Positions 60,901-64,000 of a stretch of 64,000 nucleotides of DNA are shown piece after piece. The notes below the pieces were generated by a model, which saw nothing but the letters and a program-made list of their open reading frames with translations, made no database searches and was not told the DNA's origin. The stretch comes from Neoconidiobolus thromboides FSU 785 (taxonomy: Eukaryota > Fungi > Entomophthoromycota). Each line of letters opens with the position of its first letter. The stretch's first letter is position 1. Position numbers and translations under genes: made by a program. The stretch lies in the NCBI GenBank assembly GCA_025603075.1, contig MU626369.1, positions 1 through 64,000 on the forward strand, in the 5' to 3' direction.

Positions 60901-61250
60901 AAATTGATAGCGTAACTGTGATTACTATTAGAGAGATAAGCAACAGGAATAAAGTTTACTTCTCTTTCTTGTTTTTTTTTATTCACATCATTCTCTTCCT
61001 CTATTTCCTTTATTTCTTTCTTTTCTTCAATCCTAGTAATAATTTCTACTTCATTTAATTGTTGTTGAATGTATTGTTTTGATTGTTGAATATTATGATA
61101 AAATTGTAAATAACTCATTTCAATTACTCTTTCATTTTGTTGATATTTAAATACCAATTCATCGGGATTATGAATAGCTTGATAATGAACTACATCACAT
61201 ATTCGACCATTCGATGGAAATGGTACAATTGTCAAGGAATTAGAAAGCAT
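57984..61250 (-). CDS. NRPS-like A-T-R reductase, paralog of 49719-52889
   Basis: MHSSGSTSEPK, YAPLFHGFG, YGSTETG, GRMDD, TTSKGNIIRKK, LFNNGMDSL, LITGANGSL, GYALSK, HRIGQISGD; poly-Asn linker. Intronless. Confidence 0.92.
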   Translation of the reverse strand: MLSNSLTIVPFPSNGRICDVVHYQAIHNPDELVFKYQQNERVIEMSYLQFYHNIQQSKQYIQQQLNEVEIITRIEEKKEIKEIEEENDVNKKKQEREVNFIPVAYLSNSNHSYAINLLALMQLNLVPILLSPKNSIEILKYLILKSKCKIIVVDRNHYELAMKCKKELNIEIEVIKTKQEYQENEKDIKDIKTENKGKDTINYLNYPCLMMHSSGSTSEPKLYPITNQYLIEWIQRNYEEIENSTFFGVGLSYAPLFHGFGLAQFFKSLFMSSCIAIPDNKLEEKWIFQQMKRFDVNYLILLPFLLNQLIEYCQSNKDYLVRLQSLTNIVTGGALVSNELLKSCYNNKVKVTNNYGSTETGFLAANWREDSEENCFDRFKLAKRIQFQLTCINQKQSIYQLAINNRDIGLANKVVINESGFYLHNDLFKVIKYNKDENELIFEIMGRMDDIIIHSNGEKTNPNLIELKLNNNNNIKYCLVYGTNQLYNCIIIQLKENIDEVTQDIKESIYKQIYEINQILPSHSRIFEELIFILPNNYHKQFITTSKGNIIRKKNEVLFKDEINQLYSQFNNNNNNNNNSNNNNSNNNNNTIEQIQFKLQFYFQQITNKSIKFNDNLFNNGMDSLCIIKYKNLLIKEYNLKSLNINTIYQYDTIQLLSKFIFNLLNNNSDNKNNKEINELTEYQSQVDNLIKKYTTFSDDNNNNNNKPSITKLSVLITGANGSLSNFIIQELINLNNINKIYCLIRGNSIEESKSKLKLSFQQRKIQITQSQWNKIQILNLNINDSQFGLNNIKYKELLDNVNVVYHSAWLMNFLKPLNLFEENIQFTVNLLNFSIKSKYRLHFHFISSIASLFPQLNLNNVTTYNTIFLKQTSINSKLLNTVHCSGYALSKLITENILLKYSLQYKYSLFISIHRIGQISGDDNKGIWNTKEHIPLFIKAIKQYNLAPENYQLLNWIPVNTVAKGLIELNFINEEKKSIIVNHIANPNNIKYNQMLLWLKEEGIEFNIINNQQFLELLHRQQIDNKDIGFIHSLLEFFELGLKEDSISYILDTKETEKRSKVIKECQEINKNTFVKYLEYWKENEFL
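59483..59540 (+). repeat. (TTA)n microsatellite encoding a poly-Asn linker between the A and T domains
   Basis: A run of tta/cta triplets; translates on the minus strand as NNNNNNNNNSNNNNSNNNNN. Confidence 0.85.
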
Positions 61251-62272
61251 ATTTGAGTACTATATAACTATTTAATTAACGATTAAAAAATTAAAAGATT
61301 ATAAGAAGATCAAAGGAAAAGGAAGAAAATAAGACTTGTCTATTATTTTTTAATATAGATGATGGTCATAATAGACTTGAATAGTATTATCATAATTCTT
61401 ATTAACCTTATTATAAAAATTACTATTTTTATAGAGATTTTTATTTATACTAAAGGATAGAAAGACACAATGTTACTTCTAACCAATAAAAGTTAAAAGA
61501 TTGGATTGTTTATTAAGTTTTATAATTATTAGAGAATAAATGTTTATTTGTATCCCTTGATTATAATGTAAAATTGCAATTCATTATTCTTAATAAAGAT
61601 AAATTATTGATAAGTATAAATTATTATTATATAATATAGATTTAATGAAGTAAACCCATATAAAGACATATAATACTTACCTGATTATTAACTATTTTTT
61701 TCATAGATGTTAGTGATTGCGCAAATATTACGCATCTTCATACTGGTTCACTTTATCAAATCCATATTATAAAAAGTTTTAAACCATTTTTTATAAAAAT
61801 TCTTGTTAGATTGAATATAAAAATAAAAGAATAATAGAATTTTAAAGTTGAGTTAGTTTAAAAGCTTGGTTCAATTTTTGTTCAATTTTGATTTTTAGCA
61901 AAACTTGCAGATTAAGCTCTAAAAGCTGGAAAAAGTCTTATTTTTTTGTTTGATTTTAAAATAATTTATATTGGGACGTTTTTTGTACAATTTTACCTGA
62001 AAGTTTTTTACAAACTATAACATAGAAAATGAACAAAAGAAGAAAATTGGAAATTTTAATTTTAATTTTAATCAAGCTTTTAAACTTATCTATATATAAA
62101 AAACCCATTATATAAAGTTGAGTCTAATTATACAAACAAGAATATACCAGTCATAGTATCCCAGAAGAATTTTTTTCTAAAATAAAACTATATATTTATA
62201 TTATCACTTACAATTTTTTCAAAACATAAAAATTTAGAAAAGTGGTCAAGGTAAATTTTATTATTATTATAT

Positions 62273-62371
62273 GTGAGTGTTTTTTTTGACTTCATTATTT
62301 TTTCCATTTTTTAAGCACTATTTGAGCGGAAAATTTGGTAGTAAAGTTCTTAAACACAAAAATACATCCTC
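62273..62371 (-). mobile_element. MITE copy P
   Basis: gtgagtgtttttttt...gacttcattattttttcc...aaacacaaaaatacatcctc; flanks ATAT/ATAT. Confidence 0.85.
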
Positions 62372-62533
62372 ATATTTTATATTTTGTTTATTAAATTGTT
62401 TTAAAAAAATTACATTAAAATAGCCAAAATTCAATTTTTAATTAAACTTGTTTTTATGATCACTATATATAAATACTTTTTAGAAATAATGTATATTTAT
62501 TTTAAGTAACATTGATCTATAATATGTCTTTAG

Positions 62534-63640
62534 CTAAACTAATAGCTGACTAAAGTCATCATTGAAATACCCTTTTGCAATTTTACTACTTTCTTTTAAA
62601 ATTTCCTTACGAACATTTCTAAGGATAATTATCTTTTCATTAAACTCAGCACTTTGATACTCACTAAGAATTATTTGGTCAGCAACCGGTCCTAAAATTG
62701 TATTAGTAGTAGCCACCAAAATCAAGTCTTCATATGGAAGTGCTGAAATACCAGTAGTTATGGCAGTTCTCATATAAGTTAAAACTTTGCTATCAGTATC
62801 CATTTTTAAAGGATTGGCTAATGGTAAGTTGGTAAGACATGAGGCCAATGTACCAGCTTGATTAAAATCCTTATTTGATGCACAAAAATAACCACGATCA
62901 CGATCATAACTAGTACCCCAATAACCACAACCAGATTGAATTTCTGAATTTGGAATTAACTTGAAGCAATTACTATAATTATATTCCATAGCAGCGGTTT
63001 GCAGTACATTATTAGCTAATAAACAAATTTTATCAATACCTAATACATATTCATTAGATTGAATTGTTTGTGCCTCCTTATTGTATAATTCAGTATTGTT
63101 TAGTATCTTACTAACTATTTTCTCAGTCATCTTAATTTGAAAAACTTGACGATAATTTTCATCATCAGGATGTAAGTTGTTCATTGGAATAATAATAGAT
63201 CTTAAACCTTGCCTCAAATCTACTGAGATATAATTTGAGCTTCCAATAATAGGGGAAATAAATAGATACTCTTTATTACTACTGGAAGATGTAAGTTCCA
63301 TTATATTTAAATTCTTCATTTCTGAAATTAAATTAGTAGTTTTGACGCGAAAGTCATTGGTACAATATTGACGACAAGTTAAACAACAAGATTTAGTATC
63401 ACGTAAACAACTCTTTCCTTCATACCACTTTCTTGAGGCCTCATAACTATCCTTTCCTGCTAGTGGTAACCAGTGATGTAACTGTTGACAATTACGTTGG
63501 TACTTTGGTGATATATCAACCTCGAACCATACCATATCACTATTAACTTTGTAGCATGTCTTATCTAAGTAAGTTAATCCAAGTGGGACTTGACCCAAAG
63601 CAACCGAAATAAAAAGTAGGAATGATAAAACAATAAACAT
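62534..63640 (-). CDS. Secreted cysteine-rich protein of unknown function (368 aa)
   Basis: Signal MFIVLSFLLFISVALG|Q; 12 Cys in two clusters; long uninterrupted ORF in AT-rich DNA. No family recognised. Confidence 0.8.
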   Translation of the reverse strand: MFIVLSFLLFISVALGQVPLGLTYLDKTCYKVNSDMVWFEVDISPKYQRNCQQLHHWLPLAGKDSYEASRKWYEGKSCLRDTKSCCLTCRQYCTNDFRVKTTNLISEMKNLNIMELTSSSSNKEYLFISPIIGSSNYISVDLRQGLRSIIIPMNNLHPDDENYRQVFQIKMTEKIVSKILNNTELYNKEAQTIQSNEYVLGIDKICLLANNVLQTAAMEYNYSNCFKLIPNSEIQSGCGYWGTSYDRDRGYFCASNKDFNQAGTLASCLTNLPLANPLKMDTDSKVLTYMRTAITTGISALPYEDLILVATTNTILGPVADQIILSEYQSAEFNEKIIILRNVRKEILKESSKIAKGYFNDDFSQLLV

Positions 63641-64000
63641 ATTATCTTTTGTTTAGACTGTTGTATATTTCAAATGTATATATACTTTTTGTGATGTTTT
63701 AAATGTTAAATATAAAATAAAATTTTATATTTGATGATTTAAATTATAATGAATATGAACTAATAGAGAACAAATATATAAGTAGAATAGTTTGAAGTAA
63801 CTATTATTGTAGTTTACGTATGGAGATATCAATCCAATTTTGTTAGTTACTCCCTTTTTTAAATATGCTGATTTATATAATAGATCGTCCTTTTTTGACA
63901 TTTTATTTAATCTTTTTAATATATTTATTTGAATCTATTTTTTTGTAAACAATGATACCAGTATGTCCATGCAACTTTTCTTCAAAGAATGGAAAATTGA

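Noticed and set aside
49719-61250. A-T-R genes as LYS2 (aminoadipate reductase)
   Set aside because: They are about 300 aa shorter, lack the Lys2 N-terminal domain, have the CAR-type HSSGST..PK A3 motif, and are present as two diverged copies.
13601-62371. Dispersed ~97-bp repeats as a CRISPR-like array or REP/ncRNA family
   Set aside because: The copies are scattered at irregular distances in both orientations, with TIRs and target-like flanks, in an intron-containing eukaryotic genome. A MITE explains them better.

Overview
AT-rich eukaryotic DNA with short (~45-70 nt) GT-AG introns and fungal gene families (Gti1/Pac2 WOPR, GT15, CRT10, YPP1, DHA2 MFS). It is most likely an early-diverging fungus (Zoopagomycota/Conidiobolus-like is my inference, not proven). 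I find about 22 intact or partial protein genes. Housekeeping genes are a mitochondrial carrier, IAH1, CRT10, PUS10, YPP1 and GUF1. Accessory genes include locally duplicated families: two A-T-R NRPS-like reductases, two DHA2 MFS pumps, two WOPR factors, and three F-box/RCC1 copies, one of which is a stop-riddled pseudogene absent from the ORF track. There are also secreted M14 and M64 peptidases, a divergent GT15, and several orphan secreted proteins. The main unexplained signals are: (1) an intronless, signal-peptide-less, catalytically complete DNase I-family gene, head-to-head with a small acidic peptide gene; (2) a ~95-100 bp MITE family with GGGGATGT...ACATCCCC termini and apparent 4-bp AWWT target duplications, 16 copies, all intergenic; (3) CRT10 and PUS10 sharing one TTAA as both stop codons; (4) two long hairpins, a 44-bp stem at 10471-10597 and a perfect 32-bp stem 13 bp upstream of the carboxypeptidase ATG. 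No tRNA, rRNA or CRISPR was seen. All family calls come from motif recognition by eye; no database search was run.
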